DNA of 64,000 bases, taken from positions 2,816,001 to 2,880,000 of the forward strand of contig CAWCKH010000004.1 of assembly GCA_963796055.1 (NCBI GenBank), read 5' to 3'. Under the pieces are notes generated by a model. It saw only the letters and a list, made by a program, of their open reading frames with translations. It was not told where the DNA came from and did not search any database. This document shows, one piece after another, positions 17,778-29,547 of the stretch (positions are counted from its first letter, which is position 1; every line of letters starts with the position of its first letter). The position numbers and the translations under genes are program-made. This DNA is from an uncultured delta proteobacterium (lineage in GTDB: Bacteria > Myxococcota > Myxococcia > Myxococcales > Myxococcaceae).

Positions 17778-19508
17778 GTGCGGACTCCAACGTCGTCTCT
17801 CCTCTTGGTGTTCGCCGCGCTCGGTGCTGCGTGCACCGGGACCGTCCCCGACCTCGGCTCGGCCAGCTGCAGCCCGCACTGCGCGGAGGGGCTGACCTGC
17901 GTCGACAACGCCGACTTTCCCGGGGGCGTCTGCACCTCCTTCTGCTCCAGCGGGGGGACTTGCAGCGCGGGCAGCACGTGCGTGCAGCTGTCCACCGGGC
18001 AGTTCTGCCTGCCGACCTGCGCCTCGGGTGACGGCTGCCCCATGGGTCTGGTCTGCGGTAACGCTGGCAGTGCCGGGCAGGTGTGCCTGGCTCCGGCGGC
18101 GGCGCCCGCCACCGCGGTGACGGGCTGTCCCATCGGCACGCCGGCGGTCAGCAACGGCGGGATGATCGACGTCCCGGAGGTCACCGGGTGCGTGCAGCCC
18201 ATCGTGCAGAGCAGCTACGCCCCCGCGCCCCCGGCGGTCGGGGCGACCTTGCCGCTGGGCGTCCACCAGGTGGGAGAGAAGGTCGAGTTCCAGCTGCCGC
18301 CCGGAACGAGCGGCTTCACCGTGGTCTCGCAGGGGCAGTCGACCAACGTCCCCAGGGTGAGCGTCTTCGGAGGTGTTCTGCCGAACTCGCCGCTGCCGAC
18401 CCCCATCCAGGAGCCGAACGCGACGTTCTTCGACTATCCGACCTCGTTCGATCAGGCCCCGTCCGATCGCACGCTGACCTGGTCCCCCATTTCCCCGGTG
18501 ACCGCGGCGGTCACCTTTCCCAACGGCACCGCGGGGTTGCAGAAGGCATCGCAAGGGTTGACGCCCGGGACCTGGAATCTGACCGTCAGCGACCTGCTGC
18601 ACGAGTGCGCGTCGCCGCAGCTCGGCTGTGGCGACCCCGCGTCGGGCTCCACCGCCAATCGCTACGACGTCACCGTCCTCACCCGGTCGGGCGGCATCCC
18701 CGAGCGCGGCGGACTGGACCTGGCCATCTACCTGGTCGGGGGCGTCTCGGCGGCCGCCGCGCTCGGCGATCCCCACTACCAGCGGATGGTGCAGCGGATG
18801 ACCGGCGACTTCGCCCGGGCCGGCATCTGTCTGCAGACGGTCACCTACTACGACGTGCCGTCGTGGGCCCGCAGCCGCTGGGCCCTGGTGCAAGTCAGCC
18901 CGGCGGCCGCCGCCGAGCCGTGCAGCGAGTACCGACAGCTGCTGACCCTCGCCCGGCCAGGGAACACGGTGAGCCTCTTCTTCCTCGATCAGATCACCGA
19001 GCCCAACGCGCCCGCCGGGAGCCGGCTGATCGGCTACGACGGGGCAATCCCCGGGGTCTCCACCTTCAACGGCACCACCGCGGGCGGCGCCATCGTCTCG
19101 TCCGGAGACATCGCCACCACCTCCGGATGCGGGAACGTGTTCAGCACCAGCTGCGGCCCGGACGTGGTCGGGGAGACGGCGGCACACGAGGTCGGTCACG
19201 CCCTGGGCCTGTTCCATCCCACCGAGAGTCAGGGAGCGTCGGGTGAGGACTTCGACCCGCTCACCGACACCCCGCAGTGTCTGTGCGCGCTGTGTGTGAG
19301 CGCCAGCGCCCGGAGCAGCTGCGCCGATCAGCCGGGCGCGCCTGCGCAGCCCACCGTGGTGGACGGCTCGAACTGCACCCAGGGGACCCAATCGTGCGGT
19401 GGTGGGGACTACCTGATGTTCTGGCAGCTCACGGACGTGTCGCGCGGGAACCTCTCGCCGCAGGAAGGGCAAGTGATGCGGATGAATCCGCTGGTGCGCC
19501 CGCTGTGA
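17778..19508 (+). CDS. Cys-rich lipoprotein with C-terminal metzincin (M43-like) zinc metalloprotease domain
   Basis: Lipobox LGAAC, Cys-rich repeats, HEVGHALGLFH zinc motif, downstream YLMFW Met-turn; GTG 17778 chosen as start. Confidence 0.82.
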   Translation: MRTPTSSLLLVFAALGAACTGTVPDLGSASCSPHCAEGLTCVDNADFPGGVCTSFCSSGGTCSAGSTCVQLSTGQFCLPTCASGDGCPMGLVCGNAGSAGQVCLAPAAAPATAVTGCPIGTPAVSNGGMIDVPEVTGCVQPIVQSSYAPAPPAVGATLPLGVHQVGEKVEFQLPPGTSGFTVVSQGQSTNVPRVSVFGGVLPNSPLPTPIQEPNATFFDYPTSFDQAPSDRTLTWSPISPVTAAVTFPNGTAGLQKASQGLTPGTWNLTVSDLLHECASPQLGCGDPASGSTANRYDVTVLTRSGGIPERGGLDLAIYLVGGVSAAAALGDPHYQRMVQRMTGDFARAGICLQTVTYYDVPSWARSRWALVQVSPAAAAEPCSEYRQLLTLARPGNTVSLFFLDQITEPNAPAGSRLIGYDGAIPGVSTFNGTTAGGAIVSSGDIATTSGCGNVFSTSCGPDVVGETAAHEVGHALGLFHPTESQGASGEDFDPLTDTPQCLCALCVSASARSSCADQPGAPAQPTVVDGSNCTQGTQSCGGGDYLMFWQLTDVSRGNLSPQEGQVMRMNPLVRPL

Positions 19509-20065
19509 CCGCGCGCTTCGCGGGCCTTCCGGTGGTCGCCGCCGTTCTCCTCTGGGGAGTGGCGCACGGTGCGCCGACCGACCCCCAGGTGCGGGCCCGG
19601 GTCGAGGGGCTGCTCGGAGCCTACCGGGCGGTCACGGTGGCCGAGTGGCGCGGGCTGGGCCCGGGCGCCGCCCCGGTGCTCGAGGGCGTGGCCCGCGATG
19701 CGCTGGCGCTTCCCACCTGGCGGGCGCGGGCCCTGGCCGCGCTGGGCGTGGTGCAGCCCGCGGCCGCCGCACCGCTGGTCCGCCAACTCGCCTCGGACCC
19801 CGCGAACCCGCCGCTCCTGCGCTCGGCGGCGGTGGACGCGGCGCCGGCCGTGCTCGGCGTCGAGGCCGTGGGGTTCCTCACCCCGTTCCTCCGTGACCGG
19901 GATGCGGTCGTCCGTCAGCGGTCGGCGGAGGCGCTGGCCGTGTCCGGCGCCGCCGGGTGCCGGGCGGTGGTGGCCGAGGCGAGGACGCGACCGGCGTCCG
20001 ATGCGCTGGGACGCACGGCGACCCGCTGCGCAGAGCAGCTCCGCGGAGGAGCTCAGGAACGCTGA
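19505..20065 (+). CDS. Secreted HEAT-repeat protein
   Basis: GTGA overlap with the upstream stop; signal peptide; helical repeats (WRARALAALG, LRSAAVDA, DRDAVVRQRSAEALA). Confidence 0.7.
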   Translation: MTARFAGLPVVAAVLLWGVAHGAPTDPQVRARVEGLLGAYRAVTVAEWRGLGPGAAPVLEGVARDALALPTWRARALAALGVVQPAAAAPLVRQLASDPANPPLLRSAAVDAAPAVLGVEAVGFLTPFLRDRDAVVRQRSAEALAVSGAAGCRAVVAEARTRPASDALGRTATRCAEQLRGGAQER

Positions 20066-20174
20066 CTTCCCTCGAGGGCGAGCCTCACCGGGGAGAGCTC
20101 GCTCGCCTGTCCGTGGAGGGTCTGGCCTCTTGCCCGGCCATGTCATCGCCCAGGCGTAGGGTGGTCGGTCCGCC

Positions 20175-23100
20175 ATGGAAGGCCTGGGCCACGACGAGGG
20201 CTGGACGCTCGAGCGGCTGCGCGACGTCGTCGTGCCGGCGTCGGGACTCCGGACGTGCAGCGGGCCGGCCCTCCACGGCCTCCTCTCCGCGGCGGTCGAG
20301 ACCGTGGGTCCCGGACCCTTCGGCGCGCTGGCCCGGACCCCCTCGTTCCTCCGTGGTCTGGAGGCGCTCCTCGACGAGCTCGCCCTGGGCAGCGTGTCCG
20401 CGGCCACGCTCGCCGAGGCGGCGGAGCGGATGGCTCCTTCCGGCACCCGGCTCACCCACCTCGCGCGTCTGGTCGAGGCCTCCCTGGCGCGGATGGCGGC
20501 CGCCCGGGTGGAGCTCGCGTCCACGCGCTGGGTGGCCGCGAGCGCGGTGCTGGCGCCGGGGTGGCCTGCCGAGCTCCCGGTCGACCAACTCGCATTGGCC
20601 CTCGCTCCGCCGTTCCCGCCCGGAGTGGTGGGGTTCCTCGCCGCCCTGGCCCGGGCCGCGTCGGCCGCCGGCCGTGCCCTGGCGCTCCACGTTCCGCTGA
20701 CCGGAGAGGCTGGCCTCGACGCCGCGCTCGAGCCGCTCCTCCAGGCGTTCGAGGCCGGACCGGATCTGCCCGGGGTCGAGCTGCTGCCGGAGCTCCCCGA
20801 GGGCGCGCTGGCCGAGCCCGTGCGACGGCTCGCCATCGCCGCCCCCGGGAGCGTCCCGGCCACGGCGCTGGAGGCGGTGCTGTCGCCGGGTCCGAGGCGA
20901 GAGGTCGCGGCGCTGGTGGACGCGCTCCGCCGCGCCGTGGAGGCCGGAGCCCCGCCGGAGCGCTGCGCCCTCACTGTGGTCGCCCCGGAGGACGCCGCAG
21001 AGCTGGTGCGCGGGCTGGAGGATGCGGGCTTCCGGGTCGGCCGCCGCGCTCCCGTCCCGCTCGGCACCACGGTGGCCGGCAGGGTAGGTCTCCTCTGGGC
21101 GGGGCTCGCCGCCCGTGGGACGCCGGCCGAGGACGTGGCCTGGCTCCTCAGGCAGCGGCTGCTGCCCGCGCTGCGCGTCGACGTACGCCTGGATCCACTG
21201 CCGCTCCTCCGCCGTGCCGGGGTGCGCGACGGGACGCTGGGCTCCGAGGGCAGCACCAGCGCCTACCAGGTCCGGCTCGCGGCATTCGCCACCCGGAGCC
21301 GCGCCGCGGGGAACGATCACGACGCGGAGGCGGCCGAACGGCTGCTCCGGAGCGCCGGAGCGCTCCTCGGCCTGGCCGACCGCATCCCGCGCCGCGCACG
21401 GCTGGCCGACCTGCTCGAGGCCTGGCGCGCCGGGCTCGAGTCCGGGGGATTCTGGGCCGCGCTCGAGCACGAACCGCTCGAGAGCGACCCGGCCGCTCGC
21501 CGGGCCGCTGCCCGCGAGGCCGCCGCGGTGGAGGTCTGGCGCGCCTTCGTCCGCGACACCCGCGCGGGGTGGAAGGCGGCACGGACCCAGGGCCCGGAGA
21601 TGGACCGCCCCGCGTTCGCGCGCTGGCTCGCGGATGCCGCGGCCACGCTCCCGGTCGAGCTGGCTCCAGGGATGGCGGGTGGGGTGGACGTCCTCCCCCT
21701 CGAGTCGCTGGACGGACGACCGCTCGACTTCCTCGGCGTGGCGGGGCTGGACGCGGCGAGCTTTCCCCGGCGCGCCGAGCCCTCGCTCCTGGGAGACGAA
21801 GAGCGCCAGGCCATCCACGGAATCCTGGGTCGGGCGGCGCTGCCCTCGTTCGTGGGGAGCGGAGAGGCGCGGAGCGCGATGGACGAGGCGGTGGACCGCT
21901 GGCGCCTCGGCCGGGCGCTGGCCTCCGCCGGACGGGTCGCCGTCGCCCGCCGCCGTGGGGGAGCAGGTGCCCCCGCGGACATCGTGCAGCGATTGCTCGC
22001 CGTCACCGGAACGGCCGAGCGTGACCTCTCTTCGGAGTCCGTCCCCCTGCTCGTGGAGGCCCCGGGTCCGGCCTGGGCGCGCGTCCGGCTCGCGCTCGAG
22101 GCGACGGTGGCGCCCGACCTTCGCAACGATGCGGCCGACCCGGTGGCCCGCGCCGCGCTCGGGGAGGTGGAGGGTGCGCCGTGGCTCGAGGAAGCCCGGG
22201 CAGTCGCCGCCATCGACGCGGAACGGCTTCAAGTCTGCGCGGGACTGCTCGGACCCGGAGCGCACAGCGGACGGCTGGGTCCCGCACCGGACGTGGTCGC
22301 TGCCGTCGAGGCCCGGCTCGGCGGCTCCCCCGAGGGGCCGCTCTCGTCCACCAGCCTCACCGCGCTCGCCAACTGCCCGTTCCAGGGACTGTCGCGCAAG
22401 GTGCTCGGGCTCGATCCGCCGGAGGACGGCGCCGAGGAGCTGGACGCGCGCGGCCGGGGGCAGTTCCTGCACGAGGCGCTCGAGCAGCTGGTGAAGCGGC
22501 TCCTCGAGCTCGGGCTGACCGCGGCGGATCCGGCCACGTTGCCCGAGGACCTGGTCCCGGCGGCGGTCGAGGCCGCGGCCCGGGAGCACGCCCGGCAGGC
22601 GCCGACCGGCCACCCGCGCCTCTGGGCGCTCGCCCAGGCCCGCGCGCGCCGGACGCTGGAACGGCTGCTGCGCTCGGGAAAGCTTTACCCCTTTCCCGGA
22701 CTGCGACCGGTCGCCGCCGAGGAGCGCTTCGGCCCCGACCTCGAGCTGCCGGCCGCGCTCCCCGGCGAGCGCCCGGTCTACTTCCGCGGCTCGCTGGACC
22801 GGATCGACCGCGGCGAGGGCGGCACCGGGGTCGTCGACTACAAGAGCAGCAAGCGGCGCGACCGCGCCCGGGCGGAGGTGCTGGTCACGGACTTCCAGCT
22901 TCCCCTCTATCTCCTCGCGCTCAAGGCCCGCGGCGAGCGCCCCCCGTTCCAGGCGGGCTGGCTCTCGCTCCGGACGCTGGAGTTCCTCCCGCTCGATCCG
23001 GACCGCACCGGCCCGCTGGACACCTTCCTCGCCACCGACGCCGCGACCCGCGCCTCCACCACCGGCCCGAACCTCGCCTCCGCCGTGCACGCGCTGCTCG

Positions 23101-23213
23101 CCGAGCCGCGGGAGGGGCTCTTCCCGGTGCGTCCGCGCGAGTGTGGCTTCTGCCCGCTCGGCTCGGTGTGCCGCATCTCGGAGCGCCGGGCGCCGCAGGG
23201 AGTCGAGGGATGA
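20175..23213 (+). CDS. AddB/RexB-like protein: degenerate helicase-like region plus C-terminal PD-(D/E)XK nuclease with 4 Cys
   Basis: ANCPFQ, RGQFLHEALE, RGSLDRID...VVDYKSS, FQLPLY, CGFCPLGSVC; translationally coupled to the downstream helicase. Start is uncertain. Confidence 0.85.
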   Translation: MEGLGHDEGWTLERLRDVVVPASGLRTCSGPALHGLLSAAVETVGPGPFGALARTPSFLRGLEALLDELALGSVSAATLAEAAERMAPSGTRLTHLARLVEASLARMAAARVELASTRWVAASAVLAPGWPAELPVDQLALALAPPFPPGVVGFLAALARAASAAGRALALHVPLTGEAGLDAALEPLLQAFEAGPDLPGVELLPELPEGALAEPVRRLAIAAPGSVPATALEAVLSPGPRREVAALVDALRRAVEAGAPPERCALTVVAPEDAAELVRGLEDAGFRVGRRAPVPLGTTVAGRVGLLWAGLAARGTPAEDVAWLLRQRLLPALRVDVRLDPLPLLRRAGVRDGTLGSEGSTSAYQVRLAAFATRSRAAGNDHDAEAAERLLRSAGALLGLADRIPRRARLADLLEAWRAGLESGGFWAALEHEPLESDPAARRAAAREAAAVEVWRAFVRDTRAGWKAARTQGPEMDRPAFARWLADAAATLPVELAPGMAGGVDVLPLESLDGRPLDFLGVAGLDAASFPRRAEPSLLGDEERQAIHGILGRAALPSFVGSGEARSAMDEAVDRWRLGRALASAGRVAVARRRGGAGAPADIVQRLLAVTGTAERDLSSESVPLLVEAPGPAWARVRLALEATVAPDLRNDAADPVARAALGEVEGAPWLEEARAVAAIDAERLQVCAGLLGPGAHSGRLGPAPDVVAAVEARLGGSPEGPLSSTSLTALANCPFQGLSRKVLGLDPPEDGAEELDARGRGQFLHEALEQLVKRLLELGLTAADPATLPEDLVPAAVEAAAREHARQAPTGHPRLWALAQARARRTLERLLRSGKLYPFPGLRPVAAEERFGPDLELPAALPGERPVYFRGSLDRIDRGEGGTGVVDYKSSKRRDRARAEVLVTDFQLPLYLLALKARGERPPFQAGWLSLRTLEFLPLDPDRTGPLDTFLATDAATRASTTGPNLASAVHALLAEPREGLFPVRPRECGFCPLGSVCRISERRAPQGVEG

Positions 23214-26200
23214 GCGCGGTCCGCCCCAGCGCCTGCGTCTTCGCCGGTGCCGGAACCGGGAAGACGCACGGCCTCGTCACCGAGTGCCTGCGCCTCCTCG
23301 GCGGCGCGGATCGCGACGAGCCACTTCCCCCCGCCAGGCTGTGCCTGCTCACCTTCACCGAGAAGGCGGCGGCGGAGATGCGGGGGCGGCTCGCCTCCCG
23401 CGTGGCGGCACTGGCGGCGGGCGAGTCCTCCGAGCCCGAGCTGGCCGCGGCCTTCCTGGCCTCGGGCCGCCCGTTCCCACCCGCCTCGGAGTGGAGGCGG
23501 CTGCAGACCCGGCTCTCCGGCGCAACCATCGCCACATTCCACGGCTTCTGTGCCGGGCTCCTCCGTCGCGCTCCGGCCGGAACCGGGACCCCGGCCGACT
23601 TCGTGCTCCTCGACGAGGAGGAGTCCCTGGACCTGCTGGAGGAGCTCGCCGAGCGGCTGGTGCTCGAGCGCCTCGAGGCAGGGGACGCGGCGGTCGAGGC
23701 GCTGTGCGCGGACCTCGACCTCCGCGGGCTGCGCCGGAGCGGACTGGTCGAGCTGCTGGTGGACCAGGCCCGGCGGGTGCGAGACCACGGCCACGCCCCG
23801 GGGGGGCTGGCCATCACCCGGCCCGAGGACGTCCGCCAGGCGCTCGACCAGAGCGCCGCCCGGGTCCGCGCGCTGGTGCAGGACGCGCTCCGCCGCGCCC
23901 GGGCCGAGGGCGGCGCGTGCGAGCCGGTGCTGGCGGCGATCACCGACCTGCTCGTCGGCTGGGGACCCGACACCGCGCTGGAGCGTGCGGCTCGCCTGGC
24001 GGACCTGCGCGATGCCCTGCCGGGAAGAGGAGGGAAGAACGGGCTCGGGGCGGCGGTGCGAGCTGCGCGGGAGGCGCTGAGCGGGGGCGACTCTCCACTC
24101 GGAGCGGCGGCGCTGCTGCTGGCCCGGCCCCACGAGGAGACCTGGCGGGCGCTGCTGGTCGCGCTCGCGGAGCGGCAGCGGGCGGCCTTCGACGAGGCCG
24201 GGGCCCTCGATTTCGCCGAGCTGCTCATCCGGGCGCGCGACCTGCTCGCCGGCGATCCGGCCGTGCGGGGTCGCGAGCAGGCCCGCATCGGCGCGCTCCT
24301 GCTCGACGAGTTCCAGGACACCAACCTGCTCCAGCTGGAGCTCACCTTCCTCCTGGCGGAGGCCCGCGACGGGGCGCCGCGGCCGCTGGGGAGCGACGGG
24401 TCGCGCGGGCTGCCGCTCGAGCCCGGGTTCCTCTGCGCGGTCGGGGACCGCAAGCAGTCCATCTACGACTTCCGGGGTGCCGACGTGGAGGTGTTCGAGG
24501 AGCTCGCCCGCGCCGTGGAGACGGGAGGTGGTGAGCGGAGGTTCCTTCGGGTGAGCCGGCGCGCGCAGCCCGGGCTGGTGAGCGTGCTCAACGGGCTGCT
24601 CGGTCCCATCCTCGGGCAGACGCCGGCCGCGCCGTGGGAGGTGCCGTTCCGCCCTGGCGAGGACGACCTCGAGCCCTGGCGGCCGCAGATCGGCCCCCCG
24701 GGGTGCGTGGAGCGGCTGGTGGCCGTCGCGGAGGAGGACCGCGCGGAGGAGCGCCGACAGGCCGAGGCCGATCTCCTCGCCCGGCGCCTCGCGCACCTCC
24801 TGGCGCCCGGGTCGGAGGCCCGCATCCCCGACGGCGCCGGCCTCCGACCGGTGCGCGGTGGGGACGTGGCGATCCTGCTGCGCTCGTTCGTCGAGGTGGC
24901 GACCTACACCGAGGCGCTCGCCCGTCACCACGTGCCCCATCGGGTCCTGCGCGGCCGGGGCATCTTCGCCTCGCCCGAGGTGCGGGACGTGGCCGCGCTG
25001 CTCGGCTTCCTGACCGATCCCCGGAACCCGGTGCACCTCGCCGCGTGCCTGCGCGGTCCGGCGGTCGGACTCTCCGACGCGACCCTGGTGCGGCTGGCGC
25101 TCCCCCGCGGGCGACTCGACGCCCGGGTGCTCGCCGGCGGGCTCCCCCCGGAGGCGCTCTCCGGCGAGGCCGGACGGTGGGCGCGGTTCGTCGCCGTCGC
25201 CCGGCAACTGCGCGCCCGCCTGGACCGGTGCTCGCTGGTCGACCTACTCGAGGACGCCTGGGACGCGCTCGGCACCCGCACGGCGCTCGCCGCCTCGCCG
25301 CACGGGGAGGAGCAGCTCGGGAATCTGGAGGTGGTGCGGCAGCTCGGGGCGCGCTGGGACTCCCGCGGTCGCTCGGATCCGGCGGCCTTCGCCCGGCGGC
25401 TGCTCGACCTCGCCGACCGCGACCCTCGCATCGGGCTCGAGGAGGTGGAGGACGCCCGTGGCGGTCCGGCGGTCCAGCTGCTCACCGTCCACGCGGCGAA
25501 GGGCCTGGAGTGGCCTGTGGTGTGCATCGCCGATCTCGGGGCGAGCCGGCCTCCCTCGACGGGCCGATTGCTGGTCGACCCGCGAAACGGGCTGGCGTTC
25601 CGCCCCACCGTGCCCTGGAGCGCGGATCCGCACCCCACGCCCCGCTCGGTGGCGCTCGCCGACATCCTCGCCAGCCGGGACGTCGCCGAGAGTCGCCGCG
25701 TGCTCTACGTGGCGATGACCCGGGCCCGGGATCACCTCGTGCTCTCGGGCATCCAGGGACGGGGAGGGCCCCGCACCTGGGCCGGCTGGATCGACCCGGT
25801 GCTGGATGCGCCGGAAGTGCGTGCGCGGGTGCGTCGCCTCGACGACGGAGCCTGTCCCGCGCTGCCCCCGCGTGCTCCTCTGCCACCCGTCGAGGTCGAG
25901 CCCGGGCGGGTGCGCGCCGCGCTCGCCCGGCTCGAGCCCCTGGCGAGACGAGCTCCGGGCCTGGTCCCCCTCGAGGCGCTGGAGGCGCTCGAGGGCTGCC
26001 CGCGCCGGTTCCAGCTCCGCGCGCTCGAGGGCCACCGGGAGCCCGGCGCTGGCGCGAGGACAGAGGTGCGCTCCCCGAGGCACCGGGACGGCCGGCTCGA
26101 CGTGCTCCGGAGGCTGGTCGCAGGGATTCCGGTCACCGCGTGGGGCGCCGGGGTTCCGGACGAGGCGCTGGGGGCGGCGGCGGGGCGAGTCGGCCTCACG

Positions 26201-26683
26201 CTCGCCGAGGCCGAGGCGCTGCGGCTGGCCGCGCCGCTGCGGCGGCTCGGGCGGGCGCTCCGCGGCTTCACCGCGGGGTTCACCTGGGCGAGCGGGGTGC
26301 CGTTCCGGTTGCCGCTGGGAGCGGCCTCGGTGCAGGGCGCGTTCGACCTGCATCTGGTGGGGCCGCCAGGCGAGGCGGTGGTGCGCCTGGTGGGAGGCTC
26401 GCGGGCCGCGCTGGGCGCGAGCGCGACGGTGCTGCTCGAGGCGCTCCGGGCCCGGACCGGCGGTGCCCGGCAGGTCCGGGCCGCGCTGTTCGCCGTGGAC
26501 GGGGACGAGGAGAAGCTGCGCTGGGTGTCCGCGCCCCCGCTGAGCACCGCGGAGATCGACGCGCGGCTGACGGCGGCGCTCGCGCTCGGGTCGGCGCTGG
26601 CCGAGGGACTGGAACGCTCCGGATGCGAGGCGCTGGGCTGCGGCTTCGTCCCTCGTTGTCACCCGGGGGAGCGCGGGCTATAG
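23210..26683 (+). CDS. AddA/RexA-like UvrD-family helicase
   Basis: AGAGTGKT, LTFTEKAAAEM, LDEFQDTN, VGDRKQSIYDFRGA, TVHAAKGLEW, LYVAMTRARD; ATGA overlap at 23210-23213. Confidence 0.9.
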   Translation: MSAVRPSACVFAGAGTGKTHGLVTECLRLLGGADRDEPLPPARLCLLTFTEKAAAEMRGRLASRVAALAAGESSEPELAAAFLASGRPFPPASEWRRLQTRLSGATIATFHGFCAGLLRRAPAGTGTPADFVLLDEEESLDLLEELAERLVLERLEAGDAAVEALCADLDLRGLRRSGLVELLVDQARRVRDHGHAPGGLAITRPEDVRQALDQSAARVRALVQDALRRARAEGGACEPVLAAITDLLVGWGPDTALERAARLADLRDALPGRGGKNGLGAAVRAAREALSGGDSPLGAAALLLARPHEETWRALLVALAERQRAAFDEAGALDFAELLIRARDLLAGDPAVRGREQARIGALLLDEFQDTNLLQLELTFLLAEARDGAPRPLGSDGSRGLPLEPGFLCAVGDRKQSIYDFRGADVEVFEELARAVETGGGERRFLRVSRRAQPGLVSVLNGLLGPILGQTPAAPWEVPFRPGEDDLEPWRPQIGPPGCVERLVAVAEEDRAEERRQAEADLLARRLAHLLAPGSEARIPDGAGLRPVRGGDVAILLRSFVEVATYTEALARHHVPHRVLRGRGIFASPEVRDVAALLGFLTDPRNPVHLAACLRGPAVGLSDATLVRLALPRGRLDARVLAGGLPPEALSGEAGRWARFVAVARQLRARLDRCSLVDLLEDAWDALGTRTALAASPHGEEQLGNLEVVRQLGARWDSRGRSDPAAFARRLLDLADRDPRIGLEEVEDARGGPAVQLLTVHAAKGLEWPVVCIADLGASRPPSTGRLLVDPRNGLAFRPTVPWSADPHPTPRSVALADILASRDVAESRRVLYVAMTRARDHLVLSGIQGRGGPRTWAGWIDPVLDAPEVRARVRRLDDGACPALPPRAPLPPVEVEPGRVRAALARLEPLARRAPGLVPLEALEALEGCPRRFQLRALEGHREPGAGARTEVRSPRHRDGRLDVLRRLVAGIPVTAWGAGVPDEALGAAAGRVGLTLAEAEALRLAAPLRRLGRALRGFTAGFTWASGVPFRLPLGAASVQGAFDLHLVGPPGEAVVRLVGGSRAALGASATVLLEALRARTGGARQVRAALFAVDGDEEKLRWVSAPPLSTAEIDARLTAALALGSALAEGLERSGCEALGCGFVPRCHPGERGL

Positions 26684-28021
<1,338 letters not shown>

Positions 28022-28104
28022 CGCGGTCGCGCGAGAACGGATATGAGGGGACCGAGCCCGGGGCGGCGGTCGTTCCCGGGCTCGATTCGAGAGCAGGTGC
28101 ACGC

Positions 28105-29547
28105 ATGAGACAGGCCCTGGAGATCGGTTCGGCGCAGGACTGGCGAGGAGAGATTCGCCGGCTGTTTGATGTGCAGGCCGCGTCGCGCTGGACGGTGTCG
28201 CGCTCCAGCGCCGCGGAACGACGCAAGAAGCTCCAGCGCCTCAAGGACGCGCTGCACAAGCACCGCCCGGCACTGGCGGAGGGCATCCGTCGCGACTTCG
28301 GCCGTCCGCCGGAGGAGTCGGAGTTCATCGAGTTCCACCCCGTCTTCGAGGAACTGAACCACGCCATCGCCCACCTGGGCGAGTGGATGCGCCCCGAGCC
28401 CGTGGAGGCGCCGCTGCTGCTCGCCGACACCGCAAGCGAGATCCGCTGGGAGGCGAAGGGGCAGGTTCTGGTGCTCTCGCCGTGGAACTACCCCGTCTAC
28501 CTCGTCCTCGGCCCCCTGGCCGGAGCGATCGCCGCGGGGAACGTGGTGATGGTGAAGCCCTCGGAGAAGGTCCCCGAGACGAATCGTGCGCTGCGCGCGC
28601 TCCTGACCGACGCCTTCCCCGAGACCGAGGTGGCAATGGTGGAGGGCGACGCCCCAGTGGCCGAGGCCCTGCTGGACCTCCCGTTCGATCACATCTTCTT
28701 CACCGGCAGCACGCGGGTGGGAAAGCTGGTCATGGTCGCGGCGGCCAAGCACCTCGCCTCGGTGACGCTCGAGCTCGGGGGAAAGTCGCCTGCCATCGTC
28801 GCCCCCGATGCGAACGTCGCCCGCGCGGCCCAGGCCATCGCCTGGGGAGCCTTCGTCAACGCCGGTCAGACCTGCATCGCTCCGGACTACGTCCTGGTGC
28901 AGGAGGGGCAGCGGCAGACGCTTCTCGACGCGCTCCGGAGCGCGATCGAACGCAGCTATGGACCCGAGTCGGGCTGGGCGACCAACTCCGACTTCGCGCG
29001 GCTGGTCGACCCGGGCGCCTTCGCCAGGGTGAAGGGGCTCATAGACGACGCGGTCCGGCGCGGGGCGAAGGTCCCTATCGGAGGCGAGGCGAATGCCGCG
29101 GAGCGGTATCTCGCGCCCACCGTGCTGGTGGACGTGCCCGACGAGGCGCCGTTGCTCCAGGAGGAGATCTTCGGCCCGCTGCTCCCGGTCGTGACCTACC
29201 GGACCCTCGAGGAAGCGCTGGAGTACGTGCGGAGGAGACCCAAGCCGCTGGCGCTGTATCTCTTCTCGCGATCGGGCAGCACGGTGGAGGCGACCCTGGA
29301 GGGAACGACCTCCGGCGGGGTCTGTGTGAACAACACGCTCATCCACCTCGCAAACCCAGGGCTGCCGTTCGGCGGCGTTGGCCCGAGCGGGATCGGGAAC
29401 TACCACGGGCGCGCCGGATTCAAGGCCTTCAGCCACGAACGGGCGGTGATGCGGCAACAGGGAAACCCGCTGGCGCGGCTGCTCGCGCCGCCGTACAGCG
29501 GTCGGCTGAACCGCATGGTGGCCAGGTTCGCCCGGTTCCTTCAGTGA
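28105..29547 (+). CDS. Aldehyde dehydrogenase (class 3 / fatty or coniferyl aldehyde type)
   Basis: SPWNYP, KPSE, FTGS, LELGGKSP, NAGQTCIAPDY, EEIFGP, LPFGGVG.SG.G.YHG. Confidence 0.93.
   Translation: MRQALEIGSAQDWRGEIRRLFDVQAASRWTVSRSSAAERRKKLQRLKDALHKHRPALAEGIRRDFGRPPEESEFIEFHPVFEELNHAIAHLGEWMRPEPVEAPLLLADTASEIRWEAKGQVLVLSPWNYPVYLVLGPLAGAIAAGNVVMVKPSEKVPETNRALRALLTDAFPETEVAMVEGDAPVAEALLDLPFDHIFFTGSTRVGKLVMVAAAKHLASVTLELGGKSPAIVAPDANVARAAQAIAWGAFVNAGQTCIAPDYVLVQEGQRQTLLDALRSAIERSYGPESGWATNSDFARLVDPGAFARVKGLIDDAVRRGAKVPIGGEANAAERYLAPTVLVDVPDEAPLLQEEIFGPLLPVVTYRTLEEALEYVRRRPKPLALYLFSRSGSTVEATLEGTTSGGVCVNNTLIHLANPGLPFGGVGPSGIGNYHGRAGFKAFSHERAVMRQQGNPLARLLAPPYSGRLNRMVARFARFLQ

Noticed and set aside
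20175..26683. Helicase-nuclease pair as a novel anti-phage system or Cas4 module
   Set aside because: Architecture and linkage to purA fit housekeeping AddAB-type recombination; there is no defence-island context.
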